64,000 nt of DNA, taken from Mustelus asterias. Its lineage: Eukaryota. Of the stretch, positions 24,346 through 38,560 are shown piece after piece (position 1 is the first letter of the stretch; every line of letters begins with the position of its first letter). Under the pieces are notes generated by a model, which made no database searches, was not told where the DNA came from, and saw nothing but the letters and a program-made list of their open reading frames with translations. The DNA lies in assembly GCF_964213995.1 (NCBI RefSeq), contig NW_027590745.1, positions 1 through 64,000 on the forward strand, given 5' to 3'. Both the position numbers and the translations under genes were made by a program.

Positions 24346-27300
24346 ACCTGTATCTCTGACTGTATAATGAATTATAGTCCAGTCAGACCAATTTCACTGA
24401 CTGTATAATGAACATTGGGACAGCGAGACCTGTATCACTGACTGTATAATGAACACTGGTACAATGCGACCAGCATCTCTGACTCTTTAAGGAACACTGG
24501 ATCAATGAGACCTGGATCTCTGACTGTATAATGAACACTGGCACAGTGAGACCTGCATTTATGACTGTATAATGAACACTGGAACAGTGAGACATGTATC
24601 TCTGACTGTATAATGAACACTGGCACAGTGAGACATGTATCTCTGACTGTATAATGAACACTGGCACAGTGAGACCTGCATTTATGACTGTATAATGAAC
24701 ACAGGAACAGTGAGACCTGTATTTCTGAATGTATAATGAACACAGGAAAATGAGACCTGTATCTCTAACTGTATAATGAACACTGAAACAGTGAGACCTG
24801 TGTCTCTGACTGTATAATGCAGATTAGTGCAGTCAGACTGTTAGCACTGACTGTATAATGAACACAGGAAGTGTGAGACCTGTATCTCTGACTGTATAAT
24901 GAACATGGGTACAGTGAGACAGATATCTCTGACTGTATAATGAACACTGGGGCAATGAGACTGGGGTCTCTGACTGTATAATGAACACTGGCACAGTAAG
25001 ACCTGTATCTCTGACTGTATAATGAACACTGTTACAGTGAGACCTGTATCCCTGACTGTATAATGAACACTGGCACAGTAAGACCTGTATCTCTGACTGT
25101 ATGATGAACACTCGAACAGTGAGACCTGTATCGCTGACTGTATAATGAACATTGGTACAATGCGATCTTATCTCTGACTCTATAATGAACACTGGGACAA
25201 TGAGACTTGGATCTCTGACTGTACAATGAACACTGACACAGTGAGACCTGGATCTCTGACTGTATAATGAACATTGGCCCAGTGAGACCTGTATTTATGA
25301 CTGTATAATGAATGCAGGGACAGTGAGACCCGTATCTCTGAATGTATAATGAACACAAGGAAATGAAACCTATATCTCTGACTGTATAATGAACACTGGA
25401 ACAGTGAGACCTGTATCTCTGACTGTAAAGTGAACACTGGTACAGTGAGGCCTGTATCTCTGACTGTATGATGAACACTGGTACAGTGAGACCTGTATCT
25501 CTGACTGTATAATGAACACTGGGAGAGTGAGGCCTGTATCTCTGACTATGATGAACACTGGTACAGTGAATGCTGTATCTTTGACTGTATAATGCAGACT
25601 AGTACAGTCAGACTGCTATCTCTGACTATATAATGAACATTGGTACAGTGAAAGCTATACATCTGACTGTATAATGAACACTGGGAGAATGAGACCTGTA
25701 TCTCTGACTGTATAATGAACACTGGTCCAGTGAATGCTGTATCTCTGACTGTATAATGCAGATGAGTACAGTCAGACTGTTATCATTGACTGTATAATGA
25801 ACACTGGGACAATGAGACCTGTAGCTCTGGCTGTATAATGAACACTGGGACAATGAGACTTTGATCTCTGACTGTATGATGAACACTGGTACAGTGAGAC
25901 CTGTATCTCTGACTGTATAATGAACACTGGAACATCAAGTCCACTGTCTCTGACTGTATAATGAACATTGGTACAGTGAGAGCTGTATCTCTGACTGTAT
26001 AATGCAGACTAGTACAGTCAGATGTTATCACTGACTGTATAATGAACAGAGAGAGAGTGGGACCAGTATCTCTGACTATAATGAACAATGGTACAGTGAG
26101 AGCTGTATCTCTGACTGTATAATGCAGACTAGTACAGTCAGACTGTTATTACTGACTGTATAATGAACACTGGGAGGGTGTGACCTGTATCTCTGACTGT
26201 ATGATGAACACTGGATCAGTGAGACCAGTATCTCTGACTGTATGATGAACACTGGTACAGTGACACCGATATTTCTGACTGTATAATGAAATCTGGGACA
26301 ATGAGACCTGTATCTCTCTCTGACTGTATAATGAACACTGGCACAGTGAGACCTGGATCTCTGACTGTATGATGAACACTGGAACAGTGAGACCTGTATC
26401 CCTGACTGTATAAAGAACACTGGTACAGTGAAAGCTGTATCTCTGACTGTATAATGCAGACTAGTACAGTCAGACCGTTATCACTGACTGTATAATGAAC
26501 ACTGGGAGAGTGAGACCTGTATCTCTGACTGTAAAATGAACATTGGCACAGTGAGACCTGTATTTATGACTGTATAATGAATGCAGGGGCAGTGAGACCT
26601 GTATCTGTGAATGTATAATGAACACAGGGAAATGAAACCTGTATCTCTGACTGTATAATGAACACTGGAACAGTGAGAGCAATATCTCTGACTGTATGAT
26701 GAATACTGGGATAGTGAGACCTGTATTTCTGACTGTAAAATGAACACTGGGAGGGTGAGATCTGTATCTCTGACTGTATAATGAACACTGGTACAGTGAG
26801 ACCTGTATCCCTGGCTGTATAATGAACAGTGGAATATTGACACCTGTATCTCTGGCTGTGTAATGAACACTGGTACAGTGAGAGCTGTATCTCTGACTGT
26901 ATAATGAGCACAAGGAAATGAAACCTGTATCTCTGACTGTATAATGAACACTGGCACAGTGAGAGCAATATCTCTGTCTGTATGATGAATACTGGGATAG
27001 TGAGACCTGTATTTCTGAGTGCATGATGAACACTGGTACAGTGAAAGCTATATCTCTGACTGTATAATGAACACTGGGAGAGTGAGAGCTGTATCTCTGA
27101 CTGTATAATGTACAGTGGAATATTGACACCTGTATCTCTGTATGTATAATGAACACTAGCACAGTGAGAGCTGTATCTCTGACTGTATAATGCAGACTAG
27201 TACAGTTAAACGGTTATCAATGACTGTATAATAAACAGTGGGAGAGTGAGACCAGTATCTCTGACTGTATAATGAACGCTGGTAGAGTTACACTGATATT

Positions 27301-27532
27301 TCTGACTGTATAATTACCTCTGGGACAATGAGACCTCTATCTCTGACTGCATAATGAACACTGAAACAGTGTGACCTGTATCTCTGACTGTATAATGAAC
27401 AGTGGTACAGTGAGACCTGTATCTCTGACTGTATAATGAATTGTGGTACAGTGAGACCTGTATCTCTGACTGTATAATGAATTGTGGTACAGTGAGACCT
27501 GTATCTCTGACTGTATAATGAACACTGGTACA
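24346..27532. repeat. 41-bp satellite array (~75-80 diverged units)
   Basis: Unit acctgtatctctgactgtataatgaacactggtacagtgag with recurring variants. Confidence 0.97.
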
Positions 27533-27684
27533 AAGACTTGTCTCAGTCTCTCTTCTATCACTATAATATTTCACAGGATACAAAGTGGTTTGGTCACACA
27601 CACAGGATCGTGAAGGGGGATTTTCTTTTGTCCTTGTATATCATTGATTCTAAACGGCAGCAATCACAACCTATTATATCACAA

Positions 27685-27968
27685 GTTAAAGTAAAGGTTA
27701 TTTATTAGTCATAAGTAAGGCTTACATTAACACTACAATGAAGTTACTGTCAAATTCCCCTAGTCGCCACGCTCTGCGCCTGTTCGGGTCAATGCACCTA
27801 ACCAGCACGTTTTTCAGAATGTGGGAGGAAACCAGAGCACCCGGAGGAAACCCATGCAGACACGGGGAGAATGTGCAAACTTCACACAGACAATGATGCA
27901 AGCCGGGAATCGAACCCGGGTCCCTGGCGCTGTGAAGCAGCAGTGCTAACCACTGTACTACCAGTGCC
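27685..27968 (-). mobile_element. HE1-type V-SINE (L2-like tail)
   Basis: B box ggttcgattcc; tail gtggcgactaggggaatttgacagtaacttcattg. Confidence 0.9.
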
Positions 27969-29164
27969 ACCCCTCGTTAGTTCTATAACCAGAGAACTCC
28001 TGAAACTGGAATCAGAGGCTGCCCATGGGATACCGGACACACTCACAGGATCTCAAGGTTTGGAGATTAACACGAAATATGTGCTTAGGCGTATGGAACT
28101 GACAGGACATGAGCAGCGTGTTTACACAGCACACCGCACATTGTGTACCAATTACACAGCAACAGATGGATTGCTGCTGGTAAAAGCTGAAACGAAGGCT
28201 GGAAGGGTGGAAGAGCAAACAGGAGCAAAGGGGGAACATCTGGATTCACACCGAGAGTTCCCAGGCTGAGTGAGCCTTGTGTTTAAGAGGAGGCAGACAA
28301 AGGGCCTCAGGACAGATTGAATCGACACGATGTCGATAGGCAAAACCAGGGCGCGAGTGTTTGTGCTGAGGTTTGGCCCCACTCCTGTACACAGCTCCAT
28401 AACGTGTGACCCTGGTGAATCTGACCAACTGAACACTGCATGAGAGGAGAACAGCCCCGTGAGCCAGGCCACATCAGCATTGCTGTGAAAACGTACACAC
28501 ACACACACTGGCAGCAACACAAACACTTACATGGGATGACGCTCTTCACCGGGACACATTAGGAAGAGGAAGCGAGTTTTGATCCTCAGCATTTCCTGAA
28601 TGCATTGTTCCAGCGGAATAATCACTTTCCCTTTAACCAGGGACCCAGCACTGACCTATCTGCTGTCAGTGAACTCCTGCCAATGAATTTGTGACTGCCT
28701 TGTGTCTGAGGTGGCACTGCAAACTTCAAGCATGTGATCCCGCATTGTTGCTGCCAAGAAGCTTCAGCCGTCTGTCCCGTTACCCGCTCCTCCGAAACCA
28801 CTGCCTCGGGACAAAGGTCAGCCTCCAACACCCACCCACACACAGGCAAATCATTAATGGAAAGTCTGCATTATTATACTGCAGCTTCTGTCTGTTTCTC
28901 TTGGATTCGAACATCCTGAGTTAAGGTAGTTTACACCTCACGGTGTAGGTTAGACACACCTCAGTCTGCAGACCCCCACCGCATACAGCTCAAGAATAGC
29001 AGAAAAATATATTTGAGTTCTCTCCCCTACACACTGCACCAAACACTTCCAGTTTAGATATGGGTAGTGTGGGGGAAGGGGAAGAAAGTCTAACTTGTCT
29101 CCCGCAAATACTGGGACTGGTGCCGCGGTAATCATGTAATGTGCAGTGTGAATGCTACACAGGA

Positions 29165-29878
29165 ATGCACACACGTGTAATTGTGTATCATACAGCACTC
29201 ACATTCACTTTTCCACACACTCACAGATACACTCTCACACTTACAGATATACTCACTCTCACACTTACGCACACTCACTCTCACACATTTACTCTCTCAC
29301 ACACTTTTACACACACATTCACTCACTCACTCACACACACACACACACGTTTTTACACAAATTCACATTCAGTCACTATCACACACTTACAAACACACAC
29401 TCACTCACACACCTTCACACAATTTTACACATTTATTCACTCTCACATTTACACACACACTTTTACACACACATCCACTCAGTCACACTCTTACACATAC
29501 TTCCACTCACACACTTACATACACACTCACTCACTCTCACCCACATATCCAGACACACTCATTTACTCACACACACTCATTTTCATAAACTTACACACAC
29601 TCACTCTCACACACTTTTACACATTTCCTCTCACACACTCACGTTCACACACTTACACATATTCACTCTCACAAATGTTTACACTCACACATCCACTCAC
29701 TCACACACACTTCAACGCAAACACACACATCCACCCACTCACATTTAAACACACTCTCATACATATATACTTTTACACGTACATCTGCTAACCCACACAT
29801 ACTTCCACTCACATTTTCCCACACACTCACACATTCACTCACACACACACACTCTCAATCACTCTAATTGTCACACTC
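29165..29878. repeat. Degenerate (CA)n/(CT)n microsatellite; resumes at 31800-31945 after the CR1 insertion
   Basis: CA-rich low-complexity tract. Confidence 0.9.
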
Positions 29879-31799
29879 CATAGAACCATAGAAAATTACA
29901 GCTCAGAAACAGGCCTTTTGGCCCTTCTTGTCTGTGCCGAACCATTTTTTTGCCTAGTCCCACTGACTTGCACTTGGACCATATCCCTCCACACCCCTCT
30001 CATCCATGAACCCGTCCAAGTTTTTCTTAAATGTTAAAAGTGACCCCGCATTTACCACTTTATCCGGCAGCTCATTCCACACTCCCACCACTCTGCGTGA
30101 AGAAGCCCCCCCTAATATTCTCTTTAAACTTTTCTCCTTTCACCCTTAACCCATGCCCTCTGGTTTTCTTCTCCCCTAGCCTCAGCGGAAAAAGCCTGCT
30201 TGCATTCACTCTATCTATACCCATCAAAATCTTATACACCTCTATCAAATCTCCCCTCAATCTTCTACGCTCCAGGGAATAAAGTCCCAACCTATTCAAT
30301 CTCTCTCTGTAACTCAGCTTCTCAAGTCCCGGCAACATCCTTGTGAACCTTCTCTGCACTCTTTCAACCTTATTTACATCCTTCCTGTAACTAGGTGACC
30401 AAAACTGTACACAATATTCCAAATTCGGCCTCACCAATGCCTTATATAACCTTACCATAACACTCCAACTTTTATACTCGATACTCCGATTTATAAAGGC
30501 CAATGTACCAAAGGCACTCTTTACGACCCTATCCACCTGTAACGTCACTTTTAGGGAATTCTGTACCTGTATTCCCAGATCCCTCTGTTCAACTGCACTC
30601 TTCAGAGTCCTACCATTTACCCTGTACGTTCTTCTTTGGTTTGTCCTTCCAAAGTGCAATATCTCACACTTGTCTGCGTTAAATTCCATTTGCCATTTTT
30701 CAGCCCATTTTTCTAGTTGGTCCAAATCCCTCTGCAAGCTTTGAAAACCTTCCTCACTGTCCACTACACCTCCAATCTTTGTATCATCAGCAAACTTGCT
30801 GATTCAATTTACCACATTATCATCCAGATCATTGATATAGATGACAAACAACAATGGACCCAACACCGATCCCTGCGGCACACCACTAGTCACAGGCCTC
30901 CACTCAGAGAAGCAATTCTCCACAACCACTCTCTGGCTTCTTCCATTGAGCCAGTGTCTAATCCAATTTACTACCTCCCCATGTATACCTAGCGACTGAA
31001 CCTTCCTAACTAACCTCCCATGAGGGACCTTGTCAAAGGCCTTGCTGAAATCCAGGTAGACAACATCCACCGCCTTCCCTTCATCCACTTTCCTGGTAAC
31101 CTCCTCGAAAAACTCTAATAGATTGGTCAAACATGACCTACCACGCACAAAGCCATGTTGACTCTCCCTAATAAGTCCCTGTCTATCCAAATATTTGTAG
31201 ATCCTATCCCTTATCACACCTTCCAATAACTTGCCCACCACCGACGTCAAACGTACTGGCCTATAATTTCCCGGATTTCTTTTGGAACCTTTTTTAAATA
31301 ACGGAACAACATGAGCCACCCTCCAATCATCCGGCACCTCCCCCGTGAATACTGACATTTTAAATATGTCTGCCAGGGCCCCTGCAAGTTCAACACTAGC
31401 TTCCCTCAAGGTCCGTGGGAATACCCTGTCCGGTCCTGGGGATTTATCCACTCTGATTTGCCTCAAGACAGCGAGCACCTCCTCCCCTTTAATCTGTAAA
31501 GGTTCCATGACCTCCCTACCCGTTTGCCCTATTTCCGTAGACTCCATGCCCGTTTCCTCAGTAAATACGGATGCAAAAAAACCATTTAGTATCTCCCCCA
31601 TCTCTTTTGGTTCCATACACAGTCTACCACTCTGGTCTTCAAGAGGACCAATTTTATCCCTCACTATCCTTTTGCTCTTAACATACCTATAGAAGCTCTT
31701 TGGATTTTCCTTCACTCTGTCTGCCAAAGCAACCTCATGTCTTCTTTTAGCCCTCCTGATTTCCCTCTTAAGTAGCTTCTTGCACTTTTTATACTCCTC
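29879..31799 (-). mobile_element. Young 5'-truncated CR1 LINE (ORF2 RT plus 3' UTR)
   Basis: [55 protein letters not shown]; a single in-frame stop at ~30804; tail (tctatggt)n. Confidence 0.97.
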
Positions 31800-32124
31800 G
31801 ACTCTCACACCCACCCTCACCCTTACACCCACTTTCAAACACACTCTCTCACAGTCACACCCACTGTCAGTATAATGCACTCTCACTCTCACACACCCTC
31901 ACCCATTCTCTCAGACACACTCTCATCTCCAATCTCAAACACACTAGCTGGGAGTTTCTGGTCCTTCATGCTATGGAATTGGAAATTCCTGCTCAATGCC
32001 AATGGACCTTTGGCTCATCTATCAAATTTTCTGAAATTTCCTGCTATAGGTAGGACGAGAAGATCCAAATCCAGGTGACTCTCACACACACACTCACACA
32101 CTGTCCATTCTCAGGCACATTCTA

Positions 32125-32995
32125 TGTCCCAGTGCACAATATCCAGTGTCCCAGCTGACATTACCTAGTGTCCCAGCTGACAATATCCAGTGTTCCAGCT
32201 GACATTACCCAGTGTCCCAGCTGACACTACCCAGTGTCCCAGCTGACACTACCCAGTGTCCCAGCTAACATCATCTAGTATCCCACCTGACTACCCAGTG
32301 TTCCAGCTGACACTAACCAGTGTCCCAGCTGACATTCCCCAGTGTCCCAGCTAACACTACCCAGTGTCGCAGCTGACATTACCCAATGTTCCAGCTACCA
32401 CTACCCAGTGTCCCAGTTGACATAATCCAGATCATCCAATATCCCACCTGACTACCCAGTTTCCCAGTTGACATAATCCAGATCATCCAGTATCCCACCT
32501 GACTACCCAGTTTCCCAGTTGACATTCCCCAGTGTTCTAGCTGACACTAACCAGTGTCCCAGCTGACATTCCCCAGTGTCCCAGCTGACACTACCCAGTG
32601 TCGCAGCTGACATTACCCAATGTCCCAGCTACCACTACCCAGTGTCCCAGTTGACATAATCCGGATCATCCAGTGTCCCACCTGACTCTACCCAGTGTCC
32701 CAGCTGACATTTCCCAGTGTCCTAGCTGACATTCCCCAGTGTTCCAGCTGATACTACCCAGTGTTCCAGCTGACACTACCCAGTGTCGCAGCTGACATTA
32801 CCCAATGTCCCAGCTGACATTTCCCAGTGTCCTAGCTGACATTCCCCAGTGTTCCAGCTGATACTACCCAGTGTTCCAGCTGACACTACCCAGTGTCGCA
32901 GCTGACATTACCCAATGTCCCAGCTGACATTATCCAGTGTCCCAGCTGACATTATTGAGTGTCCCAGCTGACATTCCCCAGTGTTCCAGCTGACA
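32125..32995. repeat. 20-bp minisatellite (cccagtgtcccagctgacacta family)
   Basis: About 40 tandem units, with internal block duplications. Confidence 0.95.
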
Positions 32996-33541
32996 ATGAA
33001 CTCAGTTCCAGTGAGAGTCAGCACTTTGAGCAGAGAGGGGGGAACAGCATGGTAATGCCGCAAAGGTGCCCCATCTTCAAAAAGCTGGGGGAGGAGTTGG
33101 GTGAGCATAACATTCAGTAATGATCACTATATTATTCAAGTGTAAGATATCAATCACATGACTGTAGACAAAGGGGAATCACAGCTTTGACAGTCTGTAC
33201 ATGATATCAGGATAAATCTATGTCTGATTATGTGGCATCATTATGGGCAAATCATCAATTTATCTGTCTCAGTTTGATTCCACTCCTGGCTCCATCCTTG
33301 TTATCCTGTGGGGAATGGGAATCCCTCAACCACAGGCCCGTCTAGTGTTGGCAATTCTGATTGGGTGTGTTCCTGGACATTTCATCACATGACCTCCCGA
33401 TGACACGACCTTCTGCCTCTGACTGCCCTGAACAGTCAGTCCTTTTGTTTCTCCAATAGTTTCATAACTAAAGCAAAACCACATGAAAAAGCACGTAATT
33501 TCTCTGAATGTTCTCTTCCCCCATGACATTTTACCAGAGAA

Positions 33542-33850
33542 CGGCATGGTGGCACAGTGGTTAGCACTGCTGCCTCACAGTGCCAGGGACCCAGGTTCGA
33601 TTCCAGCCTTGGGTCACTGTCTGTGCGGACTCTGCATGTTCTCCCCGTGTCTGCATGGGTTTCCTCCGGGTGCTCCAGTTTTCTCCCACAGTCCGAAAGA
33701 CATCCTGGTTAGGCGCATTGGCTGTGCAACATCCTCCCTCAGTGTTACCCGAACAGGCGCCGGAGTGTGGCGACTAGGGGATTTTCACAGTAGCTTCATT
33801 GCAGAGTTAATATAAGCTCACTTGTGACACTAATAAAAAAACTTAAACTT
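33542..33850 (+). mobile_element. HE1-type V-SINE (L2-like tail)
   Basis: Full head, body and tail. Confidence 0.9.
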
Positions 33851-34908
33851 AGATTCCTCACAGTTGTGTCCCAGAGATTGAACTTTCATTCTCGGAGTCC
33901 TCTGGCCCTACCGATCCTGGAGATTTAGCCAACCTAGGTTGACAGGAATTTAAGAGCGTTTTAATTATCCTTGGGTAATAGTTATCTCTCACCCAGCATT
34001 GCTAAGCAGGTGCTTCTCTTCAGTTAACCTCCCTGCTGCTTGTGGGATTCTGCTGTATGAGAGTGGCTACATTTCATAAGTACTTCATTGGCTGTAAAGC
34101 ACTTTGGGACACCCCAAGGTTTTGAATGGTGTCATAAAAATGCATGTGATTGAATATCTCCCTGTTGTTGGTCCAGGGTTGGTTCAGGGGCACCTGTAAG
34201 CGGATGCCTGGAGCTCCCCGCCCAACCTCCGGCATTTCTGTGTTTCCTGTGATCTGTCTTTGACTCTGTTTAATCTGAAACTCTAAAGTACAAGCTGCCT
34301 GCGGAACATAAGGTCAGGTCATCAGCGTTCAGTAAAGACTTGAACCTGTCAGCTAAAAAAGGGAGTGCAGGTCTCAGAGTGGGGGTGGGGAAATTGTGGT
34401 GGGTTAAGTAAACTATGAGGGGGACAGTCAACCATGAACATTCTGCTCTCAGTGAGGTTAATACAGTTTAAAAAAGAAAACTTAACAAAACATAACCCTG
34501 CTGATTCTAACTGTGACACTCACAAAACCAGAACTGGATGACTCTCGAGAAGTGGCACTTCAACTCGGCCTACCTGTTCATGTCCCCAGCAGCGGCGAGA
34601 GACTCCAAGCAGGCAATGTCACACTTGTCACTGACTACAGGGAAGACAGCCTCTGGCCCGTGGCAGGTGTCTGTGGGAAGAAGCAAGCACCAAATGTTTG
34701 TCAGCCTGGCAGCGATCGGTAATCCACCCCCACTCCACCCAGGTACGAGGATCCCTTCCTGTTGATTCACATTCCACAACACGCAACAAATACACAACCT
34801 CCAAATCCGGCCTGTTGTGGATTCAGTTGTCACAACAAGGCCATCAAACTGGAGAGCTGCAGCCCGGCACTGCCCAGCTGATTTGTGTTCCTTATTGTGT
34901 GAGTGAAC

Positions 34909-35717
34909 NNNNNNNNNNNNNNNNNNNNNNNNNNNNNNNNNNNNNNNNNNNNNNNNNNNNNNNNNNNNNNNNNNNNNNNNNNNNNNNNNNNNNNNNNNNN
35001 NNNNNNNNNNNNNNNNNNNNNNNNNNNNNNNNNNNNNNNNNNNNNNNNNNNNNNNNNNNNNNNNNNNNNNNNNNNNNNNNNNNNNNNNNNNNNNNNNNNN
35101 NNNNNNNNNNNNNNNNNNNNNNNNNNNNNNNNNNNNNNNNNNNNNNNNNNNNNNNNNNNNNNNNNNNNNNNNNNNNNNNNNNNNNNNNNNNNNNNNNNNN
35201 NNNNNNNNNNNNNNNNNNNNNNNNNNNNNNNNNNNNNNNNNNNNNNNNNNNNNNNNNNNNNNNNNNNNNNNNNNNNNNNNNNNNNNNNNNNNNNNNNNNN
35301 NNNNNNNNNNNNNNNNNNNNNNNNNNNNNNNNNNNNNNNNNNNNNNNNNNNNNNNNNNNNNNNNNNNNNNNNNNNNNNNNNNNNNNNNNNNNNNNNNNNN
35401 NNNNNNNNNNNNNNNNNNNNNNNNNNNNNNNNNNNNNNNNNNNNNNNNNNNNNNNNNNNNNNNNNNNNNNNNNNNNNNNNNNNNNNNNNNNNNNNNNNNN
35501 NNNNNNNNNNNNNNNNNNNNNNNNNNNNNNNNNNNNNNNNNNNNNNNNNNNNNNNNNNNNNNNNNNNNNNNNNNNNNNNNNNNNNNNNNNNNNNNNNNNN
35601 NNNNNNNNNNNNNNNNNNNNNNNNNNNNNNNNNNNNNNNNNNNNNNNNNNNNNNNNNNNNNNNNNNNNNNNNNNNNNNNNNNNNNNNNNNNNNNNNNNNN
35701 NNNNNNNNNNNNNNNNN
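34909..35717. other. Assembly gap (809 N)
   Basis: Run of N, followed by a CA microsatellite at 35718-35850. Confidence 0.99.
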
Positions 35718-36244
35718 ATACACACACATACAAACAGATAGACACACACACACACATACTCAAACATACACCCAGACACAAACATACACACTGGCACTCA
35801 AACACATACAGACAAGCACAGAGACAGACACACACACACACACATATACCTGAAGGAAGAAAGGATTAAATTCAGTCCTTGTATTTATATCTGCGAGTGA
35901 GTGTGAGATTGAGATTAGGTTGCTAACTCGCCAGGGTTAGCCTGGAGTCTCCAGGAGTTGATGATTAATCTCCAGCTGGACACAGCTCCAGACATGACCA
36001 TCCCCTTTTTTTGAAAGCTGCTGTTTATTAGTTATAAAAATGTTGGCAATGGGGAAAAGGTTGTTTGACTCACAGTCAAGCATCATCCAATTTGATAATC
36101 AAAACCTTGATATTAACAGTGAGGCATGGGGAGAGTGGTGGGTGGGGTCTGAGCAGAGGGAGAAGGGGGTGGGGAGACTGCAAACCCAGGAATGATCTAG
36201 ATCTGCTGAATTTGCCAGGACCTCAAGTGAATGTTTTTCCAGTG

Positions 36245-37960
36245 GTATGACGGCCATGGGGGATGGTCAGTAGATCCCCCTGTGGGCCTCGTAAAATACG
36301 AGCTCCTCTACTAGGTGAGTGGAGGCTCACCCAATAGGGAAGGAACAGCAGGGAGTTTAAAACCAGCTGACCCCACTCAGGCAGGCAGCTGAAAAACTTC
36401 AGGGCTGACCAGCACTCTATAGCCACTGAGCGGCATTTAAAACACATTGTAAATAAAGGATGATGGTGACGGAAGACTGGCCTCAGTAAGATATGCTTGG
36501 TGACGAGGAGTAAAGTGAGTTTTTTTCTTCCCTCTGGACCAACTTTACCGTGAAGACAAGTAATCCTCCGGTTGATAAACTTGAAGCCTAAGATGCAAGC
36601 ATTGAAGGCTGGGCCCAGTACGCAGAGCGCGTGTGTTATCTTTTTTGGGCCAACAATATTGAGGGGGATGAGAAGCAGAAAGTAATCCTGTTGATAGCAT
36701 GCGGGGTCCTGACCTTCAATGTAATCAAAAGCCTGACCTACCCGAATGCCCCCAACTCCAAAACCTTTAATGAATTGTGAACTTGGTTAAAGGCTATTAT
36801 GAACCAAACATTCCGTAATATTCCAGTGATACCGCTTTAACACAGCAGGGTGAACCACTGGGGAATCTGTCACTGGATTTCTGACCAGACTATGTAAATG
36901 GGCAGAACACAGTGAATTCGGGCCACCCTTGAACGACATGTTGCGAGATGGACTGGCCTGTGGAATTAACAATGTGACAGTCCAAAAACAATTAATGGCA
37001 GAACCCAATTTGGATTTTAAGGCAGCCATTGAGATGGCTCTATCATTGGAGAATGCAGAGAAAGGAGCTCAGGAATTACAGGGGACGTCAGACAGCAATG
37101 TCCTCCGATTGGGGGGAGGGGCCTCAAGCAGCATTCATCCCTCAACTGAGAGTGATGGAATCAGTAAAATTATCACAGAATCCCATACAGTGGTGGAGCC
37201 CAAGTTGCATCACCAAGTAGTCAAGGAAGGGCAGGGACAGCCTTCAAACTCCTAGGAAGCATATTCCAGAAGGTTGTAGATGCCAGAGAGCGGACTATTG
37301 AAAGTTCTGCAGAAAACCACAACCAAGACTGAGAAAGGGACAGTCAAAATGTGTGCTAATTTTAAAAAATCGGCCAAGGTCAGAACCAGACCGTACCTTG
37401 CTGATAGGCCCACTACCAGGAATTGGGTCAACACAATTAAATCACATCTCCATGACAAGGGTTGACCCCATCATGATGGAGTTGTTAGTAAATGGCCATC
37501 CATTAGAAATGGAAATGGGGCTGTGGTTCTGTTATCGAGGAGTAGACTTATAATTGCCTCCAGGCTGGAATTCAGCTCCTGAACTTCGAAAGCACAAAGG
37601 CCAGGCTGGTCACCAGGGGAATCATTGCAGATAAAAGGCACCACAGCGACCCACGTGATTTACAGGCAGCAGTCAGCTCAACTCATACTCATCATTGTAG
37701 AGGGACAAGGGCCTATCCATATGGGGATAGATTGGTTCCAACGCATCAGACTGAACTGGCTGGAGATCTTTAGGCTGGGCACAGGGGGACAGTACAAAGT
37801 CACCAAGAAGCACCCTGAAGTTTTCCAAGAAGGGTTTGGCAAAATAAGGAGAGCCAAAGTTAAGATCTACGTCGACCCTGATGCTACAGTTGAGTATTTT
37901 AGAGCGAGACCAATTCCAAACGCCCTGTTGGAAAAAGCAGTCGGAAATGCAATGCCTGGA
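36245..37960 (+). mobile_element. Truncated Gypsy LTR retrotransposon (LTR remnant, gag, protease)
   Basis: PBS-like tggtgacgagg at ~36498; WAQYAERVCYLFWANNI, LNDMLRDGLACGINN, LLVNGHPLEME, YFRARPIPNALLEK. Confidence 0.8.
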
Positions 37961-38319
37961 AAAGCTGGGCATCAGCTTGGGCAGAGAACACATTGGAGTA
38001 GGGTGAAAATTAGAGGCTGGAATAGGGGAAGAATGTGAGGCAGGGAGTTCAGAGGCTGGACTTGGGGGGTTGGTTTATTGTGAAGAGGGGGGTGATTGGA
38101 GCCTGGGTCAGTGGACCAAAGGCAGGAAGGCAGTCTTATTTAGGGTCTGGGACAGAAATACTCCTTTTCCTGGCTCACAAGTAGAGTTGATTGTCTCCCT
38201 CCGGTTGTTAGGTTTCCGGGGAGACACTGCCCATGGAGGTTAAACCAGAAAATCCCTACAAATTGGTGCACAGTTTCACTATCATGAATTGCCAATGGAT
38301 ATATGTTGCTCAGACCCCC

Positions 38320-38560
38320 TCTATATCTAACACGCATAATCTCTGCTTAGGAGTGTTTGATGGGACAGTATACTAGGAGTTTTACTTGGTATTTAGCCTG
38401 CTCAGTCCCTGTTTTGGGAGTGTTTGATGGGACAGTGTATTAGGAGTTTTACTCTGTATCTAACACGCACAATCTCTGTTTTGGGCGTGTTTGATGTGAC
38501 AGAGTATTAGGAGTTTTACTCTGTATCCAATGTGTACAATCCCTGATTTGGGCGGGTTTG
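38320..38560. repeat. Short degenerate tandem repeat (gggagtgtttgatgggacagt...tttactctgtatctaac), ~65-bp unit
   Basis: Three to four copies; a related remnant lies at ~44740-44875. Confidence 0.75.

Noticed and set aside
24346-27532. CRISPR-like array or repetitive protein gene
   Set aside because: Contiguous tandem units without unique spacers, no cas genes, vertebrate context.
33542-33615. tRNA genes at SINE heads
   Set aside because: A and B boxes continue into V-SINE body and tail, and the copies are multiple and decayed.
34570-35853. ORFs of 300-423 aa
   Set aside because: Artefacts of translating the N gap.
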